A stretch of 64,000 nucleotides of DNA, taken from Azolla caroliniana. Taxonomy: Eukaryota; Plantae; Polypodiophyta. Position numbers and translations under genes: made by a program. The notes beneath the pieces are model-generated. The model saw only the letters and a program-made list of their open reading frames with translations. It did not search any database and was not told the DNA's origin. The stretch is from positions 6,200,001 through 6,264,000 of the forward strand of contig JBHGNT010000001.1 in NCBI GenBank assembly GCA_043228905.1, written 5' to 3'. Positions 37,301-51,700 of this stretch are shown here, in pieces. How positions within the stretch are numbered: position 1 is the stretch's first letter; each line of letters begins with the position of its first letter.

Positions 37301-40300
37301 AAAGGGAACCCATTACAATACTTGATTAGCTCAATATTTTACTGATAAGAAGCGATTTTCATCACATGAGACATTCATAAGATGATAGGGTTTGTAACCC
37401 AATATTTTATCTAGTCTATACATATGGAGTTCAAGTCCAAGAAAGGTCAAAAGCCTTCTCGAAGATTTTGGAGGAGGTTGGAACCTTCTAGAAGCATTAT
37501 CCTTGGAATTTTAGGAGCACTCACTATATAGCAAACATGTCCTTATGATGAACATAAATATAATGCTAAAAATGCAACTTATTTTGGGGCCAACCTCGCT
37601 AAGATGTGATACCCATAATACCCTAAACATGTGTACAAATGTTTGCTTACTTATCACCATGCATAACGCTAACAACACGCTAAGTTGTTTGCATTGATTC
37701 ATTTGCTTCTTGCATCACCTCCTCATTTATTTCAAGCTTGCTTTTCTAGAGAAACTCATACTAACATGTTGACACAATATAACAATTAAATTTAAATGGA
37801 AATGAGTTAATAACATGTACTAATTGGTACTAACTTCACCATTACCATGGAAATATACTCCTCTTGGAAATAAATGGCGAGAAAAATGTCCAATTTTTTA
37901 ATGATTATGTCTACTCTACATGTGAGCCATAATGGCAATGCAATGATCTCAACAAATGCATGAATAATGGAAAACGTCCCTTTTATGCCTCAGCCTATCT
38001 TGTTAATCCTATCTACATACATGCCTCGCTTTTGTAAACATCGTTTGCTATCCAACACTTTCTTGATATGTGATTGGTGATTTTGATTTTTTTCTTAGTG
38101 TGTGAGAAACCTTTATATATCTCACGAGTCATATCTTTCCTTTCCATTCACAAAAAGCTCTCTCATTTAAGTTCCATCATACTAAACCTCTACATTAAAT
38201 TCAAGTTTCATCTACCTTGTATCATATACAATTCTTAAAGTCAAACTACCTTGAGCACTCACATATGAGTTATGACCTTTATGCTATATGTTGATGCGTT
38301 TGGTATTCATCAATCCAACAAAAAGCAAGCTAGGCCAAAGCTTTATGCACATTCACCGCATATCGTATTAGGCACTTTTGAGGTACACTTGTTTATAGAT
38401 GATAATGCTTGCAAACAACGAATAAGGTTTGTGTATGTATACATCTTTAATTTTCTTTTCCGTCTTTGACCCAATGTAGCATAGTTCATAAACCATTGAT
38501 GGTTTTTGTATATACACACCTCCATGTAATAGGAGACTTAACAACCTAACATGAGACTACATTTAACTTTTTGGCCTTTTGAGGATCTTCATCATCATGG
38601 TGATCTCTATCTCAATAAGTTAAGGGAACTAGTGTCTCTTTCTCATATTAATGTTTAAATATTTCAATGGTTTGACTTATAAAATATTGTACAGTGTATA
38701 TCCATGAATGATTACATGAGTACACGAGTTTGGTAACATTGTAAGATTTTTGTAGAGATCACATGGATTTGTAGATGTTAATGACATTTAGAACATTATA
38801 GTAAACCTAAGGGCATTGGGTAGTTTGCGGTCATGAGCCAATGCAATCAGGAATAATTAAATTATTGGCCTTCTTATGTCGAAGTATACTATAGTATAAT
38901 TACCCACCACAACACTTTCCACTGATCAATGGTTATCGTAAACTTTGAGAGATTGATATAACATTTCTCTCTTTATAACGCACAAATTATCATCATCATA
39001 ATCATCTCCCCTTATAAGTTAACGTTAACTATACCATCATCACTTTCCCATATTAATGTGTACCCATTTCTTATGCTTTGATTCAGACAAATCCATAAAA
39101 ATAGTTTGTAATGTATAAGGTCATACCCTAACAACATGGGTGGCATAAAAGCCAATATGGCTTGCCTAAATGTAAAATTCCCCAACCTCAGCGAATAGGG
39201 TATGAGATCTTTGGATTGCAACATGCTTGAAAATGCTATCTCGGAAAAGCAAAGGATATCCTTGAAGATGCGACATTGGGTTTAGTGATGTATATGAGTA
39301 TTTTCACGTTATATTTCTTACAACATGATGAATGTTGGCTCTCGTACCACAATGACTTCCACTCCTTATAACTACCTTTGAAGTGGATTTAGAAGGCGAG
39401 GAAACATTGTTTGCCTATGCAACAAAAAGCTAAAGAATAAACATGAGGGGAACACAAATTTTACAAAAGACACATTTGGGTACAAATAACGAGCATTTAT
39501 GTTTTGTGTGCAAATGCATTTGACTGACGGGGGAATCTTTATGAGAAAAGAAGAGACTTTAGGGCTCCCTTAGCTGAACAAGGAAGGGAGAAAGTAAGGT
39601 GAATGAAGGACATGCATGCTTGAGAGTCAATGCTAGCATTAAAAGAGGGAAGCAACTTAAATGATAGAATGTGAATAGACAATTCTCTACCCATATGGTC
39701 TAAGCATTAAGTGTTGAGGGCACACGAATTGGTATTTATGGTATGGAGATCGACATGCTATGACATTATACACGAGAAGAAAAGCACCCAAAGACTGTAT
39801 ATAATGGTGAGCAAGGAAGAGGAATGAGATGAAACTAAAGGAAGAGGCCAAAGGCATAAATGTTAATTTGAAATCAGCCGTACATATCTAGCTCGTGAGC
39901 ATTTTCATTTATGTATATATATATATATATTATACATATATATATATGTGTGTGTGTGTGTGCGCGTGCGAGCGTGTGGTGATCGCTTAAAGGAGCCCCA
40001 TTGTGTGAACCTATGTGTTTTAAAGTGAAGAGTGTATCCCCTAAGGGATCCCCATTGTGTGTGTGTTGGGGGGTGGTGGGGGAGGGGTGCAAGTTGTAGC
40101 ACAAGCTTTGATAGGTGATTCTTTCATTTTTCAACGAGCGTCACATGGGAATTTTGAGAAGGGAATGCTCATATGGAACCAATTTGTACAAGTATCTAGA
40201 TTGTATATTAATTGAAGTCATTCTTGCCCCATCTCATATACTAAGAGGGATTTGATATGTACATTAATTGAAGTCATCCATTGGGAGTGAACACTATGAA

Positions 40301-40742
40301 TGCCCAATTATTTGAATTGTTGATTAACATATTAAGGAATAAGTTCATGAATTAAAAGTCGCAATCTTGGCCATTTCATGTATTCCTTCAATTTGTGCAA
40401 TGTATATGCAACTCGTGGACAAGTTTTGGCTCAATGGCAAGAGGAAGTTGATGTCGAAGTTCAATGAAAACTTGTTGAAGTTGGTCAAAGTTTGAGCAAG
40501 TGAAAGTTGGTGAGAAACAAACTTTTGGAACAAGTGTTACTAGATGGATTCATGATCAAGCACTTGTGTTTCACAAATTACACCTAAATCATTATAAAGA
40601 TACTAAGTAAAAGCATAAAACGTTTAGGGATGGAAGAAATAAAATCTTGCATATTAGTTATGTTATTGATCCAATTACCAAACGTCCACAAATAAAAAAT
40701 TCCATCAAATCACTGTAATCATAGTCTGAACATGTTCCAAGT

Positions 40743-40832
40743 GTTCTAGGTACCGATAACCGCAAATATGCAAATGTAGGTGACATCATCATAATTGTGG
40801 TGAAAGATGTGGTGCCTAGTATGCCTCTGGAA
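40743..40832 (+). pseudogene. rpl14: Plastid rpl14 fragment (NUPT)
   Basis: VLGTDNRKYANVGDIIIIVVKDVVPSMPLE compared with plastid L14 [29 protein letters not shown]. Confidence 0.85.
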
Positions 40833-40863
40833 ACAACCGTTCGTTGAAGGAGTGTTTTACCAA

Positions 40864-41037
40864 CTACCAAAAGTGACACAAAATCTCTCTGCCAACTTTC
40901 TTTTGTCTAGCCTCTTGGTCGGTCAAAAGCTTGTAGGATGTTGGTAGATTTAGAATTCTCATACCTCCTAATATTTTTGGAATTCCCCGATGATCCGCAT
41001 ATACTTTCAATCCAAGTTTGCTAATATGTTTGATTAT
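40864..41037 (-). pseudogene. rps8: Plastid rps8 3' half (NUPT)
   Basis: [57 protein letters not shown] compared with S8 ...ISKPGLRIY...[36 protein letters not shown]. Confidence 0.88.
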
Positions 41038-41095
41038 CAATTTATCATAATATATGGCTCCTTTTTTTACTATAATACTTTAAACTTCAATTAAA

Positions 41096-41167
41096 GCTTG
41101 CATAGCATAGTGATATTGTATTTGCTTTGTAAACAAAGGGTTGTGAGTTTGATCCTCATTGGAAGCT
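41096..41167 (+). pseudogene. tRNA-Thr pseudogene (now reads TGT; probably a CpG-decayed Thr-CGT gene)
   Basis: 72 nt GCTTGCATAGCATAGTGATATTGTATTTGCTTTGTAAACAAAGGGTTGTGAGTTTGATCCTCATTGGAAGCT. It has tRNA length and layout, but the stems are mismatched, the D-loop GG is lost and the T-loop reads GTTTGA. Confidence 0.7.
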
Positions 41168-41404
41168 CCTCCATGTTGACTCCTATTCGATTCCGATCTA
41201 AATTTCATACAATGTTCTATAATTATGAGCTTTAAATGAAGAAGACCACAAATTTGCCAATGGATGGCAAGTATTATGGATTAAGCTACATTTTAGAACA
41301 CAAACTTGTCAATGGATAACAAGTATCATAATTATGTGCTTGAAAAGCACAAGACCACAAAATCGTCAATAGATAGCAAGTATCATGGATCAAGTAAGGT
41401 TTTT

Positions 41405-41845
41405 TAGAAGAGATAAAAATTTAATATCCAACTATGTATCATGCTAGCATGGTTAACTCGACTATGGCCGAGTTATATATCATTGTCATGGAACAAAAGA
41501 TTAGGTCATGGGTTGAATATCATTACAAACGATCACTTGCTCAAGTAGACCAAAACTTTCCACTATCAATCATTTAGTTACACTAAGAGTAATTATTGAA
41601 GGAACTTGACTTCAACAAAAAACATTATACTCTTGTTCCATAGACTTCAAGAAAGCCTTTGACTTTGTATCAAGAAGTGGCTTCTGAAAAAGAATGATAG
41701 AGATTGGAATGCCATCAAAGTATATAGCAATTGTAGCATGGATGTATGACAAACTAGTAGTTGTGGAACATGGATAGTGGTTTTGGGAAGCACTTCTTGA
41801 GCAACATGGGAGTCAAGCAAGGGTATCCACTCTTTCCCACAATCA
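41405..41845 (+). mobile_element. Decayed non-LTR (RTE-like) reverse transcriptase fragment, interrupted by Copia C
   Basis: DKNLISNY...STINHLVTLRVIIE...LYSCSIDFKKAFDFVSR...SNMGVKQGYPLFPT (RT domains 2-4). Confidence 0.8.
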
Positions 41846-44800
41846 TGTTAGGAATCGACCGGCCACAACCGGTTTCACGTTCGTATTTGTGTGCAGAAAC
41901 CAAGAACTAGTACACAAACAAGAAAAAAATGTGAAGACACAGAGACACCAATATTTTACGTGGAAAACCCGAAATGGGAAAAACCACTGAGGTCCACAAA
42001 CCCCGAGAAAACAAATCACTATAGTAGAGAGGAAGTACAAATACGGAACTCGGAGGCAGCGACCTCGAGTTCTCTTTCGTCTGACAGACGGCTACAGAGT
42101 TACACTCTCACTCTCTTACTCACGGTTACAAAGGCAACTACCTCGTTCTAACTTTTTCAATAATGATCACTAACTCTTGCTATAAAGTTTGCCCTAGTTG
42201 CTTATAAACCAAAGCAACTTTCTAGTTATTTACAAGTATAGCCCCTAGGAGGCATTTTTTTGACTATTTATAATTATAGTCTTCCGAAACGATTTCGGTT
42301 TCGGTTTCGGCCTCGGCCGAGATACTCACCAACACGGTCTTGCTCTTCCCATCTGGAGGGACATGTTTCCCAACAAACTCCCCCTTCACTCTGGCATGGG
42401 GTACTTCACCAAACCGACTCTCTGTCGGCACGCGTTTAGCTTTTCGGCTGACAACACCTTCGTCAGCATATCCGATCCATTTTCGGTCGTGTACATCTTC
42501 ACTAGAGCAAACTCCTTTTCTTATACTCACTCTTAGTGCCAATGATATCTTCTCTGGATGTGTTTAGTCCTCGAGTGGTAGGCGACATTTTTCGCAAGGT
42601 GGATGGCACTCTGGTTATCGCAATGGAGTTGGAATTCCTCTTGCCGAATTCCCAGCTCACCGATAAACTCCTTTATCCATATGGTTTCCTTGCCGGCTTC
42701 CGCTGCGGCCATATATTCAACTTCCGTGGTCGACAACACCACGGCCTTCTGCAGCCTCGACTACCACGAAATGACTCCCCATGCATAAGTCATTACGTAC
42801 CCGGATGTGGATCGGTTGGTATCCACATCAGCCGACATGTCCGAGTCGGTATAACCTTCCAGTGTGGGGTTACCTTAACTGAAATGGAGACACATGTTTG
42901 AGGTGCCTTTTAGTTACCGAAGTATCTAGTTCACATTAGCCCAATGCTCTCTTTTGGGGTTGCTCATATATCGGCTAACCATGCCAATTGCGTATCCTAT
43001 GTCCGGCCTGGTACATACCATCGCGTACATCAGGCTTCCGACTGCCGAGGCATAATGAACCTTTGACATGTTGGTCTTCTCGGTTTTTGATTTCAGACAT
43101 TGTTCTTTGCTTAGCTTGCAGTTCGTTAGCAATGTCGACTCGACCGGTTTCGCGCTTTCCATGCCGAATCTCTGGAGGACCTTTGTCCCGTATTATTCTT
43201 GTGACAACCACAACAATTTCTTTGTTTGATCCCAAACAATGTGCATCCCCAAGATTTGCTTTGCCAGATCCATATCCTTCATCGAAAACGATCTGCTCAA
43301 GGCCTTCTTCAACACTTGGATCTTCGTATGGTCCCGTCCGACAATCAACATGTCTTCCACGTACAATAGAAGGATGAGGAAATCTCCTTTGTCAAATTTT
43401 TTCACAAATACGCAGTGATTGGCCTGCGTTTTGTGGTACCTATTGTCGGTCATGAAGGATTTGAATTTTCGGTACCATTGCCGAGGTGCTTGCTTCAACC
43501 CGAACAAGCCCTTCCTTAATCGCCATACCAAGTTCTCTTTGCCTTTCTCTACAAATCCTTCTGGCTGGTGCATATAGATCTCCTCTTCGAGATCACCGTG
43601 CAGAAACGCCGTCTTGACATCCAATTGCTCGACTTCGAGATCCATGTTGGCTGCGATGCTTAACACGGTTCAAATTGACATCATCTTTTTGATTGGGGCA
43701 AATATTTCGTCGAAATCGACACCCTTCTTCTGCTGGAAACCTTTCACGACAATTCGTGCTTTGTACCTGGGTGGATTCTCGCCATCTCCCGGTTTCAACT
43801 TGTATACCCATGTTAAGAATTAGGTAAGTTATTAATCAAGGGTTAATTAGTAACTAATTATGTGATTAATTGACAAGCGGAAGATTAAGTGATATGTGTG
43901 TGTATGTGTGTGAGAGGAAGAGAGAGAGAGATACACTTATGAAGAACACAAGATGGGGGATGAGTAACTATATTAAATTAGCATGATCATCATCATCAAA
44001 TACAAAAATACCCACAATGAGGTATATATAGATATCATGTGCAAGGGTGCACATGTGTGACGAGAATATAGGTACAAGGGTTTAAGTCCTATATTAAATG
44101 TACTTGGGAGTGGAGGATCTAGAATATTCCACTTAAGTACAAGGTCCTATTTAAGGTGTTATAGTCAACACTTCTAACTAGATTCTATCTAGATAACTAC
44201 GAAGTTACATGGTTGACTAACTAACTAAACTAAGTTGAGCTTGATCTCTCAACATGCCTCCTCAAGCTCAAGTGTGAGGCATCCAACATTCTCTTTGGCT
44301 TTCGTCGGCTTCGTGTGCTTCCGTCCGGCCTTCGGCTTTCTTCGCCGTGGCAATCTTGGTTCCTCCCCCTCAAGCCGGTGACGAAGGCTTGTAATAATGT
44401 GTGGGCGAAGGTTGACTACTTCCACCCATCGTGGGTTACGAGCTGCTTCGATGGATCTCTTAGGATCTTGTTCGACCGCTACCTTCATCGCGAAGGCATA
44501 GTGATGTAGCCGAGCCGAGTGACGGGATTCTTCTCTAGAAGAGCGTCGAAGTTTTTCGGTCGCCGATGTGAGCACCTTCTTTAATCCTGGTGTCCTCATG
44601 ATGGGTACACCAAACTCACTGTCTAGTGAGGGAGCCGACGCATCCAAATCAATATCATCGGGGTGGTCGACTTCGTATTTGGGCATCTTACCTTTGCCTT
44701 TGTCCAAGTTCGTACTTGGCCACGACGTGCTTGGGTCGCGTGGGGGCTCTTGTGGCCCACAAGGCTTTGCCGTAATTGGACTTTCTTTGAACATGTGTTC

Positions 44801-47745
44801 GAAGCGATCTCCATCTTCTACCTCTTGTTCAACGGATTCCGGGTCGAGCGGAGTCGGAGTTGAAGTTACCTTTGGTGCATACCAGGATGCGAACTCGTCG
44901 AAGACTACGTCTCGACTTACCTGAACCGCTCGGGTAGAAGGGTTGTAGCCCTTGTATGCCTTCTTCTCAGATGAGTATCCTATGAGGATACATTCCCCCG
45001 ACTTCGCGTCGGGCTTATGTTGTTGTTTGTTCAGGATGCGTAAATTCGCAATGCTTCCGAACACCTTGAGGTGCGACATGATCGACTTCTTTCTGACGAG
45101 GAGCTCGTATGGAGTTAGCTCATGCACTCCATTAGTGGTGCATCGATTCATGAGATATACGGCCGTGGATGCCGCTTTGGTCCAATAGAAATTCGGCATG
45201 TGCTTCTCATGCATCATGGCACGTGCTACCTCGAGTATCTGCCGATTCTTCCTTTTGGCGACTCCATTTTGTTGTGGTGTGTGTCAGCACATTGAGAATT
45301 CTGTACGAATCCCTTCAGTTTGGAGGTAGGAGGTGAATTCGTCGGAGAAGTACTCCTTGCCTCCATCCGATCGGAGGCATTGAATGTGCCGACCGGTTTC
45401 TTTCTCGACTTGGCCCTTGAGCTTTTGGAAATGGGAGATCACTTCGCTTTTCTTCTTCATCGGGTAGATCCACGCATAGCGCGAGTAGTCGTCGATGAAG
45501 GTTACGTAGTATCGATATCCGCCGATCGTTGGCGTTTGAGCCGGTCCCCATACATCCGAGTGTATGATGTCTTGGAGGCCTTTGCTTGCGGAACTCTCCA
45601 TGGGAGTCGATGTTGTTTGCCGAGTTGACACGCTTCGCATACTTGGTCGACTCGTTTCGACTCGAATGTTGGAAGTCCGATGACGACTCCCTTTGTTTGC
45701 ATCGCTCGAAGCCGTTGGAGGTTTATGTGGCCGATTGTCTTGTGCCACAACTCGATGCTTGTCTCGGTTTTGAGACCTTTGGCATACATGGCCGATTTCA
45801 CCTCGTTCAAATCGAGGATGAACATGAGACCGTCTCTCCGTCCCTTGGCTATGAGTTGACCATCTTTATTGATGAAACATCCTTCGTTGTTTAAGCGGAC
45901 TTGCATGCCTTGCTCCACAATTTGGCCGACGGAGACCAAATTCGTCGTTATCGTGGGCACATGCAAGACATTCTTGATGCAATTGTGCTTGGACGAACCA
46001 CACGTCTTCCAAATTGGAGGTGCTTGCGGAGTTGGAGGCCGTCATAGAGTTCACTCTATGCCTCATTACGAACATTCCGGCATGGTTGCCGTAGTCAGAA
46101 TTTGTGGCATAATTTGTAAACATTTCACTACGATCATCCTAGTCGGAATTCGATGCGTGATTTGTGAACATTCCGCTACGATTGTCGTAGTCGGAGTTCG
46201 ATACGTAGTTTGTGAGTTGTCGACATGTTGAAGCCGACTCACTTCTCTTTTCTTGACACTCCGCCTCGTAGTGGCCGATTTTGCCGCAATAATTGCAAGT
46301 TGTGGGCCTTGTTTGTCGACCATGTTCGGTGTGGAAGCTCCCCCTTCTTCCGAAGGTTCCTAGATGACTTCCATGAAGGTTTGAGTTCCCTTCGTGTGAT
46401 GGGTTGAATTGACCACTTCTACCAATGTGACCTCCTCCTCGTCTACCGTCAGAATTTGAGAAGAACATTTGTCCTTCCGACGTTGTCGTGGAGAAAACTG
46501 TCCCTAGGCGAAATCGGAGAATAATGTGCACGAACTGGCCCTTATACGTAGGCACAAGTTTTGTTGTAATATATATATTTAGGTACAAGTCGGCAGATGT
46601 GAATATCCTAGGTAGCACGCATTTGTTATGTAGAAAATCGAGGCGTATCTTTGTCCGAAAGGACAGAGAGTAAAGATGATGTAACGGGTTGTGACGACCT
46701 CCATCCTTGGGCTATAAAAGAGAGGGAGAGGAATCGTAATGGGGATCGCTTTTGTCGAGGACGAAATGCTGTCGGACTGGGACTGAGCTCTTCTCCTCCG
46801 TCTTTCTTTGTATTTGCTCTGTGCAGGTTTTCGGGAGGCTGACTCTGCTCCGAGGAACGCCCGAGTGCTTCCGGCCGAGTCTCCATCTCGCGTCTGTGTG
46901 TGTGTGTGTGTGCGTGCAGGCGTCAGAGCTTGTCGCTCACCGGCCCGCCGGTTGTAACCCCTTTCATCTGCTATATATATATATACACACACACATACGC
47001 ACATTCATCTTGTCTCAATCGGTTGCGGTTTCTGTGTATTTGTGTGTGTGCGAAGCACGACCGTTGTCTTTCTTGCTCCCCTTTGCTCTCTTCTTCCTCG
47101 GTCCAAGACCCCTGTGGTCCCGCCTTGTTCTACACGCACGCGCGTAATAACGTGATATATTTGGTGAACCCGACGTGAATAGGCGGTAGAGGAATAGGAA
47201 GATGAGGGGCTTGGAGCTTGTAGAAGCCATTGCTTCAACTGTGGATCGGATAGTGAGTACGCGTGAAGGCACAGGCACCCTCGATAGGGCCATTGAAGCG
47301 ATCGTCGGCACGATAGGCCGGTTCGGCGGAAAGGACGCCACGAGCTATTTGGAGGCCTACTGAGCCGAAATGATGATGAGGGACATTTCAGAGGACATGC
47401 GACTGGCCGGATTCCCTCGACTGGCAATGCCGAGCATCCATGCGGAGGTGCTTGAGGTACGAGTTGAGGGCTAGACCTGGGAAGAATTTGAAGGTCGGCT
47501 CCTTGAGAAATACGGGCTTGATGACGTGCTTCGGCAATCGAAGCGGGACTTCATGGAATGGGTGGAGACCCCCGAAAAGGGGAGAAACGAGTCGGTGCTC
47601 CTCTGAGAGTTTGAAGAACGCTTCGTGCACCTTTCGGCGCTGGACGGGACCGTACTGGACACAAGTCGTGTCCTATTGTTTGTTAAATCGGTGGACGTGA
47701 GGGATCGGGAGTAAGTGGGCCTCATGCTGGAGACCGACGACGGGT

Positions 47746-48738
47746 TGACGGGGTTATCCTTGCGGATGCGTAGAAGTCGGGTAGGACCACGGGGGTCTCA
47801 AACCAAAGAATCAGGGAAACGAGGAGGGAGGAGTTTGGGGCCGCGTAGGTCTTGAGACCACGGGAGAGCGGGCAAGTCTAGCGAACGAGTGAGAGCAAGA
47901 TAGTCACGCGTAGACACAAGCACGGACAAAGACACCGAGAACGAAGTATGTTAGGTAGTATGAGTTCTATTAAAACACAATTGCACGGTGCTGTGAGTGG
48001 TTACAGCTGGATTAGAGCCGGTGATGGAGCGCGGAGCTTGGCAAATAGCCAGGTACCAAGAGACGTCGGTGTGAAGAAGCTCGATCCCGAGGTCGGGAGC
48101 ACTCGGGCGTTTGACGCGATGTCGTGAAGAATTTCGGCCAGAGGTGGAAACCGGGAAACATTGTCTACATCGGCGGGGTGCAGCGTGTGTACACACCCAT
48201 GTACATTTGGTGTGAATATCGAGGGCGCCTTTATGGCGCCGAAGAGTAGTCAAGTCGGGGCAGACGATCCCATGTAAGTCGGGATTTGTCCCACATTGTA
48301 ACGCATCCCTTTCCTTGTTCTATAAAAGGAAGGGAACACCCTTTGTGAAAGGGTTGCCCGTTTTGCATTAGAGGGTATACCATTTGGTTTAGAGTTAGGT
48401 TTTCTTGTTCTCCTTCTTCTCCCCCTTCGTGTTTTGCTTAGGGTTTGCTTTGGTTCGGCCTCCTGTGCAAGACCCCGCTCGGCGCGACGAGCTGAGAGCT
48501 CCCCGACCGGCGGCTTGGCAGCTGACGACTACTGTAACCTACCTTGGACCGGCTCGAAGCCGGGAATGTATTATTCTTTATATATATATATATATACATT
48601 TGCGTCTGTCTGTGTATATCCGCGTCTCTGTTGGTGTCGGGTGCTTCCCCTCTCCTACGTTTTCTGTACATAAGGGCGTGAGTCGGGTCGGGCTGTGTGC
48701 GCGCGTGTGTGTGCGTGTGTGTGCGTGAGTCGGTGTTA

Positions 48739-48775
<37 letters not shown>

Positions 48776-51700
48776 CGGTTGCTTCCGGTGTGCTTCTGGG
48801 GTGCTCGGAAACGGTGAAGCACGACTTCCTACGCTCCATCACTCCCTAGTCCAAGACCCCCGTGGTCCCGCCTTTCTCCACGCACGCGCGTAACAACGCG
48901 ACATATTTGGTGAACCCGACGTGAAAGGCGGCAAGGGATGATGGAGTCGGAAGACGACGACCTTGCGGAGATGGTGGCCGAAGTGGTGTTGGAGTCGGCA
49001 CGAGTGGTGATGAGGCGAGAAGCAGCGCAACAAGCGGTTGAGCGAGTGGTCGAAAGAGTCGGTCGTTTCAACGGGGACAAAGTCCCATCTTACTTGGATG
49101 CCTACAATGTGGAAATAAAGGAGCTCCGTGAGGCTCATAGTTCGTGGGAGGGCTTCGAAGAGGCGCTCCTGAAGGCTTACGGAGGACTGGTCGAAGGTCG
49201 GAAAGGTGTGCCAACGGCTAGACAACGAACGAGCCGAGAAGGCTAAGAGGAAGGTACGCGACGGCGTGCCATCACAACGGGAAGAGGCCGAACGGCAAAG
49301 AGAGTCGGCAAGGGTCGGCGTTGGGGCCAGGATTGCGGAGGCGTACGCAGCTCTCAAAGCGATGCTCGAGGAAGAGGGAAGATCGAGGCCGGAAGCCGAG
49401 ACCGAGGAAACGGACTTGCCCCACGCGACGGCGGAAGATCGGTACGACGGTACCACGGGAGAGGGTGCGGAACAAAACGCCCTCTCGACTTGCGGAGATA
49501 GAACGGCCAAGGACGAGGCCGAGATGCAGATCGCGGAACCGGATCATTGGGACCAGCTGTTTCGGGCGTGTCAGCCCAAGGTCCCGGTCATTGGAGAAGC
49601 GAGCCCAGACGGGGCTTGCGCGATCGGTAAGAAGACAACCGCCGACCACGAAGAGTTGGTGGCTACGGACAAGGGCGTAAAACGGACGGGCGATTCTTTG
49701 TGTCTTCCAACACTTGCTCCCGAGACGATGGCAGTCGGGCCCGAGTGCCCACGTGAGTCCCAAGCGGAGGAAGGCGGCGGCGAAAGGGCAAGAATCACCG
49801 GCGAGACGATACGGGGAAGGAGCGGACGAAAGCCCACGGACCCGATTCCGGAGAACTCGGCATTCGGGCCCGTATGCCCATATCAGACCGAGGAGATGGA
49901 TGGCGGTACCGAGGAGTCCTGGCACGATGCCAGCGAAGTCGGATGGGAAACGGTCTGCGAGGAGGCCGAGGACGGATGCGGCACGAGGAGATCTGCATTC
50001 CGATACGGGTGGAGCGTGATCAGGTCGTGGATTGTTCGAGCGGGGCCAGATTCGGCATAAAGAAGCCGACACGGGAGAGGGCGCGGGACGAGCCGCCCTC
50101 TTTTACATGGGGAGAAAGACCGACCGGGCGAAGGTCGAGATTTGGAAAGAGAATGCAAGCCGGTCCTATGTGTTTCCTTACACCGATCCGGCTGCCGGCC
50201 CGAGTGCCGGCGTAAGTCCTATAAGAGAGATCGGTGGCGACAGGAGAACGGGACTCGGCAATCCAGAGAAGGACGAACGGACCCGGACGAGAACCGGGCG
50301 GAGCGGACTCCCGAATGACCATTCCGGTAGGGAGGAAGAGAGTAGGCCTACGAAGAGGCCGAGGACACGGTACGTCGGTACCACGGGAGAGGGTGCGGAG
50401 TAAACCGCCCTCTCGGCATGCGAAAAGGGACGACCCGGGACAGGGTCAAGAAGGTGACAAACACCCAAGGAGGATCCTTCACACTGGTTCTAGAGACTTC
50501 GGCAGTCGGCAACGCGGTCGACGTAAGACCAAGATACTGGCGGTGGTGGCGAGGTGACGAAGGCAAGGGCTACGACAAGGAGGTATCAGGCCCGCGAGGC
50601 GGCCACGAACCAAATCGCACCTTTCGGCAAGGTCAATGGGCGTAAGGAAGTCCGGTCCTACGGGATCCCCACACTTAACCAGAGACTCCGGCAGTTCGGC
50701 TAACGTGGCAACATTAGACCGAGAGAGAAGGTTGGTGGCGGCGGGAAACGGGAACCGACTACGCGGAAGACACGAGGAGAGTCCGGGAGGGACTCAAACA
50801 AAAGGCCATCGCGAATTTTGGCAAGCATAGAAACGAAGTCCGGGCCTATGGGACCATCACACCGATCCGGAGACTCCGGCAGTTCGGCCAACGTGGCAAC
50901 GTGAGATCGAGGGAGAAGGACGGTGGCGGCAGGGAACGAGACCCAACGACACGAGGTTTCGGAAGGAGCCGGTTGGGGCAAACACGGGGAGGTGTGTCGG
51001 GCCGGAAACGCACACCTGGAACAGAACAAGAGTCTCGCAAATGGCCATCGCAAGCCGGATCAAAGCGTGACTACGGGACGGTGTTCGGCGTGGGCGGGGC
51101 CAAACGAAGGAAGCGAAAGACGGCACAAGAGAGGTGCCAGGAACGAGGTGACAAGTGCCTAGTGGACTGCACAGGGTCGGAATCAGGGGATGGCAAGAGA
51201 GGCCGGAGGAGGATCCTCCACACTCGCTTCGTAGATCTCGGTAGCTCCGTCGAAGTAACGAAGACTGACACGGCAAGCTGGGATGACAAGCTGGTGGGGG
51301 CGAGGGGACGACGGCAAGCGGAAGACTCAGGACCTGTTGCAGCAGCACGAAGACGGGAAGGGCCAAGCGGGCTGCCACGGGGTGTTCCTCGGATGCAAAG
51401 GACACCGGTATGTGAGTGAGCGGCGATGCGCGATCAGGCCGGAAAGAGATCTTCCACGCTATTCCGGAGACCATGGCGGTTCGTGCCGACACGGCGATGT
51501 AAGACCATGGAGAAGGGAGGTGGCGGCGGAAGGGCGAAGGCAACGCAAAACACCATCGGGACATCACGATTGGACAACGGAGGCCAAGCGGGCTACTACG
51601 GGCATGCCTCAAGCGGAGGACATCGGGCATACGACGGGAAGCGGGGCGTTCATACGACCGAACAAGGGCCAATGGAAGTACGCGTACTACGGAGATCGCA

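Noticed and set aside
32200-39800. Hidden gene or DNA transposon in the AT-rich interval
   Set aside because: Only short ORFs without recognisable motifs, and no TIR/TSD pairs found by eye; probably old TE debris.
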